Both the position numbers and the translations under genes were made by a program. The notes under the pieces are model-generated. The model searched no databases. It was given only the letters and a program-made list of their open reading frames with translations, and was not told the origin of the DNA. A stretch of 64,000 nt of DNA from Octopus vulgaris. Its lineage: Eukaryota. Position 1 is the stretch's first letter; every line of letters starts with the position of its first letter. Positions 1 through 13,277 of this stretch are shown here, in pieces. The stretch lies in the NCBI GenBank assembly GCA_951406725.2, contig OX597814.1, forward strand, positions 189,596,001 to 189,660,000. The letters are read 5' to 3'.

Positions 1-281
1 CGGTTAAGAATGGACGTTACCAAAAACAAATGTAATTAATTAATCTTCGCAGAGGTCGGAGTACTCCTAGTGAGAAATGGCTTTGTTGATTGAGTATCAT
101 ATACACCAACTTGGGGTTGTATTACAACAAGCGTCGTAATTGAAACTGGGTAGACGAAAACTAAATGAAGAAGCTCGTAAAGTTAATCTGAAACCTTCTT
201 CGACACTAGCACCTTGGATGCTTTCACTGAGGTCTGCTCTGTTGCAAGCACTTATATCTGGTATTCCGTTTCAGGAGAACT

Positions 282-710
282 CTCTTTTACTCTTTTACTT
301 GTTTCAGTCATTTGACTGTGGCCATGCTGGAGCACCGCCTTTAGTCGAGCAAATCGACCTCAGGACTTATTTTTTGTAAGCCTTAGTACTTATTCTATCG
401 GTCTCTTTTTACCGAACCGCTAAGTTACGGGGACGTAAACACACCAGCATCAGTTGTCAAGCGATGTTGGAGGGGGGACAAACACAGACACACAAACATA
501 CACACACACACATGCATACATATACATATATATATATGAATATATACGACGGGCTTCTTTCAGTTTCCATCTACCAAATCCACTCACAAGGCTTTGGTCG
601 GCCCGAGGCTATAGTAGAAGACACTTGCCCAAGGTGACACGCAGTGGGACTAAACCCGGAACCATGTGATTCGTAAGCAAGCTACTTACCACACAGCCAC
701 TCCTACACCT
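282..710 (-). mobile_element. tRNA-derived SINE, family A (about 420 bp, internal TA/TG microsatellite), full length
   Basis: Minus strand: head AGGAGTGGCTGTGTGGTAAG with A/B-box-like motifs, CCTTGGGCAAGTGTC body, internal microsatellite, tail GACTGAAACAAGTAAAAGAGTAAAAGAG. More than 15 related copies in the window. Confidence 0.9.
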
Positions 711-913
711 AGCTACTTTTTATGAACTTCTTCATACTACAGACACTGGACGTGGTTTCTAAGCGTTTTTCATCACCAGTCTCGGAGGTTCTGCAAAGAG
801 GTCAACGATACTGTGTTTCTTTCTCTCGCTACACCTAAAAAAATAGCTTCTAAGCCTAAACAAAACGGTTCCCTTCACTGTTATTCCTGCCACTCTACTA
901 ACTTGTTTAAAAA

Positions 914-1060
914 TCCGCTGAGGTCGACTTTGCCTTTCATCTTTTCGGGGGGGGGGGGGGTCGAGAAATTAAGTACCAGTTGCGTACTGGGGTCGATCTA
1001 ATCGACTGCCTCCACCACCACAAAAGTTTTGGGCCACGTGCCCTGAATAGAAAAGACTAT
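914..1060 (+). mobile_element. SINE family B, 5'-truncated, tail variant B2
   Basis: GAGGTCGACTTTGCCTTTCATC..GTCGAGAAATTAAGTACCAGTTGCGTACTGGGGTCGATCTAATCGACT matches other B copies. Confidence 0.8.
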
Positions 1061-1544
1061 CTATTCCATTAGTGTTAACAATGCACGCGATGTTATCACC
1101 AATTGATAAATAATGATCCAACAATGGTCTATCCCCTCAAATATTCACTGAATTAACTAATTGCAAACGACAACCTATAAGAACATTTCGCATCACATCC
1201 GCTCCAGTTATGGTTAATACATGTGACAGTTTAAATCAGACTGTCATCTACTCCCTCGTGCACTTCATTGACAAATCAGTTTGGTCAATCATAATTAAAT
1301 CACTCCTCGTTATATACTTCTTGGTGTTGTTTCGATACGTTTATTTATGTGTATTGAGCGTACATTAATTGAGTCTTTCAACTCCAATTTTCTCCCAAAT
1401 TCTTTTTCCTCAGACGTATTTATCCTTCTACACCAGTGCGAATCTTGCAACTACAAAACGTTTAACATTTTTCGTTAGGTACCGGGATTTGAGGGTATAG
1501 GGACAGCTTGGTGTAAAGGGGCAAAAGCGAAAATTAAAATAATA

Positions 1545-1948
1545 ATGTCAGCATATTAAGAGCTTTAGTCTAGTCTACTAACTGATCTGATGCCCATAGA
1601 TGATAGAGAATTGGTAAAACTCTTTAGGGGTGAAATTTGAAACGGTTTCAAAAATCCTTGTCGTTGGCCTAAGCGAGGCAAAATATTTATTGCCGGCTAG
1701 GCGAATTTGGTATGTCTGAATAGTTTGTCTCTGCTGTGGCTTGCACTTATGATCACAGCAACATAAATTTTGATCTGAAATGCTCACAGATGAATCTGCA
1801 TCGAAAATTTATTTGAAAAGCTTTACCCCAATTGCAAAGATTTTTTTTAAAATTCTTTCAAATTTCACCCCAAAAGAATTTATCAATTCTTTGTCATCCA
1901 GAGGTATTAGATCAGTCAGTAGGCCAGAGCTCTTACTATGCTTACATC
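1545..1948. mobile_element. Foldback/MITE-like element with about 110-bp imperfect terminal inverted repeats
   Basis: 1545-1660 (TAAGAGC..CTACTAACTGATCTGATG..GGGGTGAAATTTGAAA) is the reverse complement of 1836-1948 (TTTCAAATTTCACCCC..AGATCAGTCAGTAG..GCTCTTA). Confidence 0.6.
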
Positions 1949-2317
1949 AGCATTTCAATTTTGTTTTTTGTTTGGGTTTTTTTTTTGTCCCTATTCACCA
2001 AGCTAGCCCTATTCCTCACAAATTAAATAACCTCTTGTTCTTTGACACCAATGTTCTATCTTATTTGAATTTTCATTATGCAGGTAATGGTTTCTAATCT
2101 AAGCACAAAACTAGCAATTTTTGTGGAGAAAGTGTTAATGTAAACTATTGATCATTATACTCATGTGGTACTTTAATTTATTGACCTTGAAAGAATAAAA
2201 GGTAAAGTCGACTGCGATAGGATTTGAACTCAAAATGCAAAGAGTCGAAAAAATACCGAAAAAGAATTTTTCCAACACTGTAACGACTCAGCCAGGTGGC
2301 TACCCTACTATACCTAT

Positions 2318-2550
2318 TTCTTTACTACCCACAAGGGGCTAAAAACAGAGGGGATAAACAAGGACAGACAAACGGATTAAGTCGATTGCATCGACCCCAG
2401 TGCATAACTGGTACTTAATTTATTGACCCCGAAAGGATGAAAGGCAAAGTCGACCTCGGCGGAATTTGAACTCAGAACGTAACGGAAGACGAATTACGAC
2501 TACGCATTTCGCCCGGCGTGCTAACGTTTCTGCCAGCTCACCGCCTTTTT
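2318..2550 (-). mobile_element. SINE family B (tail B1), full length with 17-bp TSD
   Basis: Head AAGGCGGTGAGCTGGCAGAAACGTTAG, B box GAGTTCAAATTCC; TSD TACCCTACTATACCTAT at 2301-2317 and 2551-2567. An older degenerate B copy lies at about 2095-2295. Confidence 0.9.
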
Positions 2551-3277
2551 TACCCTACTATACCTATCATATCTAAAATGATTTCTAACAAACTTACACG
2601 GTCTATGCTCACACCGTGGAATTGAGGAGTGATTATGACAACGCAGTAAAAATCTTAAAACATTAATTACCATCATGAAAAAACATATATAATACCCCAA
2701 ACGTCTTGCATTAGAAGTGATTTGCACGTACACGCGTGCATGGTTTCAAACATAGCCAAATTGTTAAAAAAATTCCGGATTTTTTACCTTTGAAAAACAG
2801 ATCGAGAAATTAATTAGCTAGCGGGGCGCTGAGTATTTAAGGAACACATTTCAATTAACGTAACTACAAATCAGCTCAGCTTTAATGACTACCAAACAGG
2901 GGCTGTTGCAGCCCTTTCTTGCCCTCCAGCTGTCGCATACAAGGTGTTCGGCTGTTCTACAGCATTATGGCTGACAGGGCCGAGAGGGAGCTCTTATTTT
3001 ATTTTCCATACATAGGACCCCATGACAACTAATGAAAATGTGACACATGTTACCAAGCTATTGCCATTCACGCGCGTCGACTGGCTGTATTGTATACACG
3101 TATACAGAAATATATGTATGTGTGCGTGTGCCTATGCGTGTGAGTGTCCGCGTGTGTGCAGAACATTTACTGATGAGACAATCCAAACGGAAAGCAGAGT
3201 GAAATTTATAAAATTGATATCGATAGATAGATAGATCTCGGTTGGCTGTTTAGATATGTATGATGTATGTATGTATG

Positions 3278-3308
<31 letters not shown>

Positions 3309-3321
3309 GCGTGAGTGACAC

Positions 3322-3352
<31 letters not shown>

Positions 3353-3353
3353 C

Positions 3354-3409
<56 letters not shown>

Positions 3410-3478
3410 TGTGTGGCTGTGCGTGCCTTCGTGTGTTGCTGTCATGATTGTAAGCCGTTATAGTTACATGCATACATG

Positions 3479-3509
<31 letters not shown>

Positions 3510-3653
3510 GCGTGAGTGACACGTGTCTGTGTGTATACATACATATATATATATATATAGAGAGAGAGAGAGTGACAGACAGATATATATATATATATAT
3601 ATATAGATAGATAGATCGATAGATAGATAGTCCCATACATACATGCATACATG

Positions 3654-3697
<44 letters not shown>

Positions 3698-3699
<2 letters not shown>

Positions 3700-4132
3700 T
3701 ATGGGTAGATAAAAAGCATAAGTAGAGATAGATTTGGCTGGTATTTCTCACTGATGAATCCTTTGATAGTTCGTTATGTGTCAATAGTGTGGGAGTGAAA
3801 GAAACGTAGTGGGGGGGGTCCGGTCTACCAAATCCACTCACAAGGCTTTGGTCGGACCAAGGCTATAGTAGGAGACACTTGCCCAAGGTGCCACACAGTG
3901 GGACTGGCACCCTGAATCATGTGGTTGGTAAGGAAGCTACTTACCACACAGCCAATCCTGCGCCTACATATATGTATGTGTGTAGGTGTGTGTGTGTGGG
4001 GGGAGGTGTTTATGTGTGTATATGTGTGTATGTGTGTATACATATACCTCTATGTACACACACAGACGAATACACAGATACACATAAACACCCCCCCACA
4101 CCACACACATACACGCACATAACCCCCCCAAT

Positions 4133-4170
<38 letters not shown>

Positions 4171-4333
4171 ATGATCCGGTTCCCGACTGAAGATTAGAGA
4201 CTTCGAGTGACCAGTCTGTTTTTTTTTTGTGTCGTCTCTTTGTGTGTTTTTGCGTTCTTGTCCCACTTTGTAATTTATATTTTATATTTAATTTCTATAC
4301 ATATATTATTGCGGGTAACGTACCTCTATCTCC

Positions 4334-4395
<62 letters not shown>

Positions 4396-4837
4396 TATGG
4401 GTAGATAAAAAGCATAAGTAGAGATAGATTTGGCTGGTATTTCTCACTGATGAATCCTTTGATAGTTCGTTATGTGTCAATAGTGTGGGAGTGAAAGAAA
4501 CGTAGTGGGGGGGGGGGTCCGGTCTACCAAATCCACTCACAAGGCTTTGGTCGGACCAAGGCTATAGTAGGAGACACTTGCCCAAGGTGCCACACAGTGG
4601 GACTGAACCCGGAATCATGTGGTTGGTAAGGAAGCTACTTACCACACAGCCACTCCTGCGCCTACATATATGTATGTGTGTAGGTGTGTGTGTGTGGGGG
4701 GGAGGTGTTTATGTGTGTATATGTGTGTATGTGTGTATACATATACCTCTATGTACACACACAGACGAATACACAGATACACATAAACACCCACACACAC
4801 ACACACATATACGCACATAACCCCCCCCCCCCAATAT

Positions 4838-4840
<3 letters not shown>
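3698..4840. repeat. Local direct duplication of about 440 bp (3698-~4135 and 4394-~4840), each containing a 5' fragment of SINE A on the minus strand
   Basis: GGTATGGGTAGATAAAAAGC starts at 3698 and 4394; near identity through GCACATAACCCCCC; both copies bounded by (TA)n. Confidence 0.9.
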
Positions 4841-4881
<41 letters not shown>

Positions 4882-4945
4882 ATTTTTTGCGTAATAAGAT
4901 AAAAAATCAAGACTGTATAGATATTAGAGCATTTACAGAGAGAAG

Positions 4946-4997
4946 GTCTTTCAGCTGTTTCTAGGATATTTATCAATAATATCCCTTCATCGGCGAC
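4946..4997 (-). ncRNA. Degenerate hammerhead ribozyme motif in a TA-embedded element (4875-5020), paralog of 40439-40490
   Basis: Minus strand CCGATGA-A-GGGATATT..AATATCCT-A-GAAA-CAGCTG-AA-AGAC; cleavage triplet mutated relative to the paralog. Confidence 0.5.
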
Positions 4998-5019
4998 AGT
5001 GTGAGAGGATAGTTAAGTC

Positions 5020-5037
5020 AGATATATATATATATAT

Positions 5038-5111
<74 letters not shown>

Positions 5112-5624
5112 TATAGATAGATATGTTTCTTTATTAGCCACACAGGGCTGCACACAGACAGGACAAAATTACAAGGTAGAGCTTTTCTTTTGGGGGTAAA
5201 AGAAGGGGTTTGGTTTTCGATCGAAAGGGATCGTAAATGGAAAGAAAGAGGACAAAAAAAGGGGGATAAAATAAAATTTAAAAAAAAGGGGGGAGGTGAG
5301 GAAAAAAAGGGGAGGTGAGGAAAAAAAGGGAAAGGAAAAAAAAAAAAAGGATAGATATAAGTTCATGGTAGTGAATGAAGATTAGTGAACAAATGGTAGG
5401 GAGCAAAAGAATGAGAGCGGATAGAAGAAAATGACTATCAGAATGAATAAGAAAAATGAATGATAGAGAACGGCTGAGAGGTGATTGCGTGAGAGAGAGC
5501 GTACATGGTTAAGAGAAGAGTATGTGCGCAGGTGACTATGTATAAGTGCGTGTGTTTCTCAGTTCCTGTACATATGTGTGTGGCATATCAGTTGATGTGT
5601 GTGTGTGTGAGAGAGAAAGAGAGA

Positions 5625-5656
<32 letters not shown>

Positions 5657-5779
5657 ATGTGTGTGTGTGTGTGTGTACGTGATTGTGTGTGTGTGTTTCG
5701 GTTCACGTATACGTGTCATTTCTTTGTGAGTGGATGCATGCGTTTATGTATACGTGAATATGTGTGTAAATATAATATG

Positions 5780-5811
<32 letters not shown>

Positions 5812-5813
5812 TG

Positions 5814-5868
<55 letters not shown>

Positions 5869-6578
5869 TTTATTTTGTCTAGTTTCAGCTCACGAGCTGT
5901 GGCCATGCTGGGGCATCGCCATTATATATATATACACACACACACCTCACACACAAACACATAGAGATATATGTATGTATGTATATTACGTGTGTGCGTG
6001 TGTATGTGTGTGTGTGCATGGGTGTGTGTTTGGGCGTGTGCGTGTATGTGTTTGGGCGTCTGTATGTGTCAGTGTGAGCGTGTGTGTGTGTGTGTGTTTG
6101 TGTGTCCGTAAGTATGTATGTATGTATGTATTTGTGTGTCTAAGCGTATGATTTCGTGCCAACTTGTGCATGTGTGATTGTGTGCGTGTATGTGTGTGAA
6201 CGAGAGGGAGTGTGTGTGCGTATGTCTATGTGTGTGTGTGTGTGTGTGTGTGTTAAGTAGAACATATCTATAAAACTGATAACGCTGAAGAGATGCAAAA
6301 TACAATAGAAAATAAAAAGAGAGATAGAGACGATTGAACGTAGTGTTGAGAGAGGTGGGGGATGAGAGAGAATCATAAGGGAGAAGGTGGAGGTTACTCC
6401 TAATACTAGCGAGCAGACGAGCATGTATTGGGAGATAGAGTAGAAGGAATTGAGAAAGGAGAGATAGTGAGAGGAGAGAAAGAGTGAGAGGAGAGAAAGA
6501 ATGCAATACAAGAGGAGATGGTAAACATATAGAGAATCATATGCAGAGACTGAAAGAGATATAGTACACGTAGTCCGC

Positions 6579-6635
<57 letters not shown>

Positions 6636-6909
6636 TAAAAAGAGTAAGAAAGAAGAGATAGAGAAAGAATGAAATGCTGAGAGACTATAAGTGTAAGACT
6701 ACTGACAGTCGTATTGAAAGAAGACAGTACATAAGAAAGAGAGAGAGATAAAAAGAGACAGAGGTACAGAGACTGTCAGAGAGATAAAGAGGGAGAGACT
6801 GAGAGATATAGAAGGGAACGTAGAGAGATGAGAAGTGAGAGAAAGAAATAAACAGATAGGGAGAGACAGATAGAAAGAGAGACAGAGAGAGAAATACAAA
6901 AATTGAGAG

Positions 6910-6954
<45 letters not shown>

Positions 6955-7313
6955 AAAGAGAGATATGGAGAGATAACGAGAGGGATAGACAGACAGCCAG
7001 AATGATAAAAAGAGAGAGATAAGAGAGAGACACAGAGAGATAAAGAGAGAGAGACACATGCAGACAGATAAGCAGTTAGGCAAAGACAAAGAGACACGGA
7101 GAGTTAAAGAGAGAAAGCGACAAAGTGATAAAGAGCGAGAGAGAGAGAGAGGGAGATAATAAGAAACAGAGAGAGAAATAAAGACCGAGAGGCAGAGGAA
7201 TAATGAGAGAGAGAGAGAGAAAGAGGGAGAAAGAGTGAGCCTAAGAGATAAGGACAGAGAGATAAAGAGTGACAGAGAGAAAAACTGGAAAAGAAAATAG
7301 AAACGTTATATAC

Positions 7314-7350
<37 letters not shown>

Positions 7351-8262
7351 GATACATAGCGAGAGAGAGAAATATAATAGAGAGAGAGAGAGAAATACAA
7401 TAAAGAGAGAGAGAAATACATAGAGAGAGATAGAGAGAAATACAATAATAGAGAGAGAGAGAGAGAGAAATACATACATAGAGAGAGAGAGAGAAATTCA
7501 TACATAGAGAGAGAGAGAAATGCAAGAGAGAGAGAGAGAAATACATAGAGAGAGAGAGAGAGAGAGAAATACAAGAGAGAAAGGCATGTATGCAGACACA
7601 CAGATACAGACAAAACAAAAGGGAGATGGGTAAGAAAAAGAGACTAAGAGGGAACATAGGGGGAGTATAAGGGAGAGAGAGAAAGAGAAAGAGAGAGAGG
7701 AAAAAAGAAGAGAGACGCTTTGGGACTAGCAAAAAAAACAAAAAGATAGAAAATAATGAAATAAAAAACAGCAAGTGAAAAAGAAAAAGTAGAAAATGAG
7801 AAAAGAATGAAACGAATTGAAAGTGAGCATTAATTTGTATCGATTTCTTGAAAACTAATCGATCTGGCGAAGCGAAGCATATCAAGTACCCACAGCTGTA
7901 GTTGGTAAATATTTAAATATTTATTGTGGATTTGTAGTGGAGTGCGAAAAGATAGCGAAGGGGCGTATTGAGTGGTTTAGTATGCTAGTAATCACCCAGA
8001 CCTAGAGCAGACACGCACGCACACACACACACAAGCATACAGACACAAGCGCTCAGACACACACACACATAGAGACATGTACAGACACACACACACGTGA
8101 ACAGACGCATACATACATATACAGCTAGACAAACATACATTAACCCTGACGAACTCAGCGGTTTCGTTTTCGCGAGTCTACGATACGTTGAGCTGTGGAG
8201 AACAGATCAAATTGTTATTAAATGACGTTCTAATGTGTGAGCGTGTGTGAGCGTGTGTGAGC

Positions 8263-8293
<31 letters not shown>

Positions 8294-8525
8294 TGTGTGT
8301 GTGTGTGTGTTCGTGTGTGTGTGCGTATGTGTATATACATGTATGCATGTACATACATGCATACATTCATATACTTACATATACCTATATATATATATAT
8401 ACAGGCAAATACATATACATGTATTACATTTTATAGAAAGCTAGGTAGATAGACAGACAGACAGATAGGTAGGTACGTAGGTAGGTAGATAGGTAGGTAG
8501 GTAGGTAGGTAGGTAGGTAGGTAGG

Positions 8526-8624
<99 letters not shown>

Positions 8625-9242
8625 GGAAGGAGACATTGATAGAGAGAGAGAGACAGACAGACAGAGACAGCCAGGCAGACAGACAGATAGATAGACAGAT
8701 AGATAGATACATACATACATACATACATACATACATACATACATACATACATAAACAGTTAGATATATTCATAATATATGGATGTAGATATATTTATACA
8801 TGCATACACATACATCTGCTTACGTACATCTATACATATATACATACACATATACAGATGAATATTTATATATGACTGTGTGGGTGTATGTATATATTCT
8901 AAATTATTGGGTTTTAATTGATTTTGCCATATACCGTATTTAATATATCATAATATTAATTTATCCTTATATCTTATTCTATGTATATATATGCATATAT
9001 ATATTTTTTTTTTTTTTTATTTTTTATTATTTTTTTTTTTTACTTGTTTCAGTCATCTGACTGCGGCCATGCTGGAGCACCGCCTTTTAATCGAGCAACT
9101 CGACCCCAGGACTTATTCTTTTTGTAAGCCCAGTACTTATTCTATCGGTCTCTTTTGCCGAACCGCTAAGTATGTATATATATATATGTATGTATGTATA
9201 TGTATGTATATATGTATGTATATACATATATATATATATATG

Positions 9243-9320
<78 letters not shown>

Positions 9321-9350
9321 GCATGTGTGTGTGTGTGTGTGTGTGTACAG
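5020..9350. repeat. Compound microsatellite/low-complexity block: (GATA)n, (TG)n, (TA)n, (TATG)n, (TAGG)n and a purine-rich GA tract at about 6290-7800; includes a SINE A 3' fragment at 9040-9170
   Basis: Directly visible. Confidence 0.9.
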
Positions 9351-9625
9351 GTTTGGTGATGCAGTTGGGTAAAGCAGAACTTAAATTATGAGAATATGTA
9401 TATTTTCTTTATTAATATTTATCAGAAGCAACTTAATGACGAGACGGCCAAACACTGACATATTTGCGTGACAATCCTTATATAAACACACACAAATACG
9501 TACATTTCTACTAGTTTATGAATACTTTAACGAGCCACTTATGGTGAGGTGTACCTTCCCTGAGAAAAATAATCTTTAATATTTGCATTTTCCCTCGGTA
9601 TGCAGCATATATTAAATTATAGATT

Positions 9626-10272
9626 AAGGCAGCAAGTAAGCAGAGCTGTTAGCACGCCGAATAAAATATTTAACGGCATTTCGTCCGTTTTCACGTTCTG
9701 AGTTCAAATTCCGCCAAGGTCGACATGGGCTTTCATCCTTTCAGGGTCGATAAATTAAGTACTAGTTACGCACTGGGGTCGATATAATCGACTTAATATC
9801 TTTGTCTGTCCTTGTTTGTCCCCTCTATGTTTAACCCCTTGTGGGCAATAAAGAATTAAGAAACGTTAACACGCCGGGCGAAATAATTAGCGGTAATTCA
9901 TCTGCCGTTACGTTCTGAGTTCAAATTCCACCAAGGTTGACTTTGCCTTTCATCCTTTCAGGGTCGATAAATTAAGTACCAGTTACGCACTGGGGTCGAT
10001 GTAATCGACAAAACCCTTGCTCCAAAATATCAGGTCTTGTGCCTATAGTAGACAAGATTATTATTAAGTCAGCGAGCTTTCAGCATCGTTGACACACCGG
10101 ACAAAATGCTTCGCGACCGTTTTTCCGGCTTTATATTATAAGTTCAAACTTTGCTGGGATCGACTTAGCCTTCGATCTTATCGAGGTCGAGAAAATAAGC
10201 TCCAATTGATCACCAGGATCTAACTAATCGACTTCCACAATATTTCGGGCCCTCAGCCAACAGTAAACAGAA
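9626..10272 (+). mobile_element. Cluster of three head-to-tail SINE B copies (B1 tail, B2 tail, degenerate)
   Basis: Three recurrences of AGTTCAAA..G(T/A)(C/T)GAC..GGTCGA(T/G)AAA..AAG. Confidence 0.85.
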
Positions 10273-10295
10273 TATCAAATAACATATTTTTGTTT

Positions 10296-10541
10296 TCGAT
10301 TCCCAGGCCGGGCGTTGTGTGTGTGTGTTTATAAAGCTCCGCGAGGCTCCAGTAGTGGGTGGTGGCGGCCCCTGTTGTACTCTTTCGCCCTAACTTTCTC
10401 TCACTCTTTCTTCCTGTTTCTTGAGTAACGCTGCGATTGACTGGCGTCCCATCCAGCTAGGGGGTACACATACGCCACAGAAACCGGGAAATCGGGCCCA
10501 TGAGCCTGGCTAGGCTTGAAAAGGGCGCATAAATAAATAAA
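10296..10541 (+). mobile_element. Chimeric SINE: family-D head/body plus family-E tail
   Basis: TTCGATTCCCAGGCCGGGCGTTGTG..CTTTCTCTCACTCTTTCTTCC (as 54867-55000), then GAGTAACGCTGCGATTGACTGGCGTCCC..GAGCCTGGCTAGGCTT (as 45625-45730 minus), (TAAA)n tail. Confidence 0.8.
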
Positions 10542-10698
10542 ATTTTTGTTTTATTTATTTATATGGAAAAATGGACGTTGAATTACGATAAGAACTTTTA
10601 GAGACTTCGACAGCGGGCTTCAAATTTGATTGTGGTTGAGTATTTAACCATCTTCGCTATGTGTAGCCAGTTTCGTTCTGTAAGTAACGTAGATAAAC

Positions 10699-11125
10699 GC
10701 TGGCGTGACCGTGTGGTATGAAGCTTACTTCCAAACCACATAGTTCCGGGTTCAGTTCCACCGCATGGCTTTTTCGGCGAGTGTCATCTACTTTGGCCCC
10801 GGGCCGATCAAAATGTGGTAAGTGGATTTGATAGACGGATACTGAAAGAAGCCCGTCGCATGAATGTATGTGTGTGTGAGTGTGTGTGTGTGTCTTTGTG
10901 CCTGTGTTTGTGCCCCACCACGACCACGACCACAACCGCTTGGTAACAGGTGGTGGTGTGTTTATATGTCCCCTTAACTTAGTTGTTCAGCCAAAAAGGG
11001 GACGATGGAATAACTACCGGGCTTCAAAAGAAACAAAGTACCGGGATGGATAGATTCGACTCAAAATTCTTCAAACTAGGTGACCCAGCATGGGCCGCAA
11101 TCTAATGAGTGAAACGAGTAAAACA
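10699..11125 (+). mobile_element. SINE family A, diverged copy
   Basis: Collinear with the A consensus from head to GAAACGAGTAAAA. Confidence 0.75.
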
Positions 11126-11135
11126 CAAATAAAAC

Positions 11136-11355
11136 TCTTTTACTCTTTTACTCGTTTCAGTCATTTGACTGCGGCCATGCTGGAGCACCACCTTTAGTCG
11201 AGCAAATCGACCCCGGGACTTATTCTTTGTAAGCCCAGTACTTATTCTATCGGTCACTTTTGCCGAACCGCTAAGTTACGGGGACGTAAACACACCAGCA
11301 TCGGTTGTCAAGCGATGCTAGTGGGACAAACACAGACACACAAACACACACACAT

Positions 11356-11388
<33 letters not shown>

Positions 11389-11552
11389 CGACAGGCTTCT
11401 TTCAGTTTCCGTCTACCAAATCCACTCACAAGGCATTGGTCGGCCCGAGGCTATAGCAGAAGACACTTGCCCAAGATGCCACGCAGTGGGACTGAACCCG
11501 GAACCATGTGACTGGTTAGTAAGCTACTTACCACACAGCCACTCGTGCGCCT
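11136..11552 (-). mobile_element. SINE family A, full length
   Basis: Near-consensus copy, tail-to-tail with the previous one. Confidence 0.9.
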
Positions 11553-12465
11553 CAAAACGTGTGGTTCTAATGTATTTCGAACGTTGGTCGGCAATTTCAA
11601 AGCTAACCTTCGTTAAAAGTCACTAACAAGAACAACGACCAAACACACACACGCGCTTGCGCACTCGTACTCTGTGTGTGTGTGTATGTGTGTGTGTGTG
11701 TGTGCTTGTGTGTGTGTGTGTATGTGTATGCGTGCGTGTAGTGTATGTGTGTTTGTGTATAATCAATGTGCGTGTGTGTGTATGTGTGTTTTCCGATCGT
11801 AAATATTAAAATGTTCCATACGGGTTTGTTGATAAAACTCTGCGACACACACACACACACCACACACGAGTTTATTGATAACTTGATAATTAAATGCAAT
11901 GCCTTTTTTTTTCCCTTTTATTTTATGCTTTTATTTATCTATACATTTATTTATTTATTCATTTATTTGACGCAAGTCGAAAAGAATCAATGTACAGATT
12001 TAAATAAATCATTATTCTTAACTCGGCAGTGACGTACATGGAAACAATGCATGCATACACATACGCGTGTGCGCACACATACACACACACACACACACAC
12101 AAATACACACAGACACACACAAACACGCTCACACACATGCACACAGTTTCTTTATTTGTTTTACTTCATGTGTGTGTGTGTGTATGCGCATAGAGAGAGA
12201 GAGAGAGTGAAAGAGAGAGAGAGTGAAAGAGAGAGACAGACAGACAGACCGTTGTATGCATATATCCCAACATATAATATATATATATATAATACAAAAT
12301 CGGACAAGAACACAAAACATCCGGGCAACTAGGTGATACAAAAAGGGACAACAGAACATCCAGATAGACGATACAAAAAGAACACGGACGGGGTCATTCG
12401 AAGCTGTCTATCCTCAGTCAAGCACATATATATGTATATATGTGTGTGTGTGTAGATAGATTGCT

Positions 12466-12803
12466 AAGACCCCCTTCGGTCATGACTGACCATGGGATTG
12501 CCCCTAGAAAGTTACCCTCCCAGGCACAAGTCCAGGCAAGGCTGTTGATGGAAAACTAGCAGTCGCCCATGCATAACGGCCTCCCCTCTCCATGCCACCA
12601 GTGTTATCCAAGGGAAAGACAAAGGTCGATACAGCTTGGCACCTGTGCTGTCGCAACTCATTTCTACAGCTGAGTGAACTGGAGCAACGTGAAATAAAGT
12701 GTCTTGCTCCAGATCACAACCCGCAGCCCGGTCCGGGATTCGAACTCACAACCTCACGATCGTAAAATCGATGCTATAACCACTGAGCCATGCGCCTTCA
12801 CAC
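12466..12803 (-). mobile_element. tRNA-derived SINE family C (about 335 bp)
   Basis: Head GGCGCATGGCTCAGTGGTTA (A box), GAGTTCGAATCCC (B box), tail CATGACCGAAGGGGGTCTT; second copy at 32203-32539. Confidence 0.9.
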
Positions 12804-13277
12804 CAGATAGATAGATATAAAATTCCAAAAGTTTATTTAGAAAAGCATAGAAGGCATGGAAGTGCTCGAGTCAAAAGACGCTACACAAGTAGAAGAGATA
12901 CAGAGAAGAGGTTCAACTCAGGCAGACTACGATTGGTGTATGCATATACGGATCTAATATGATAGAGTTGTCTGAAACATATGTTAATATATTCGGATTA
13001 TAAATATAGAGAGATGTTATAAGATGAATATAAAGATATGATGTTAAAAATATCCAAGGACAAATAAATATATAGATATGTAAACATAATAGAGTATAGA
13101 TAAAAATATAGATAAGAATAATGAAATATAGAAAGGCATTTTTTTTTTAAATTCAAAATAAATTACGAGGGAATTCATGATAATGATATGGGACTCATAA
13201 TAATTTCCATAATTTATATGAGTCCTATATAAAATATAAATAAATTAATACTTGCAAAACCATTTAATGCATTTCTA

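Noticed and set aside
454-669. Recurrent peptides such as [29 protein letters not shown]
   Set aside because: Antisense translation of SINE A; they recur only because the SINE does.
8145-8190. CTGACGA-ACTC..GAGT and other isolated CTGATGA hits (about 3167, 28152, 31698, 37719, 46275)
   Set aside because: No properly placed GAAA, stem III or stem I; expected by chance.
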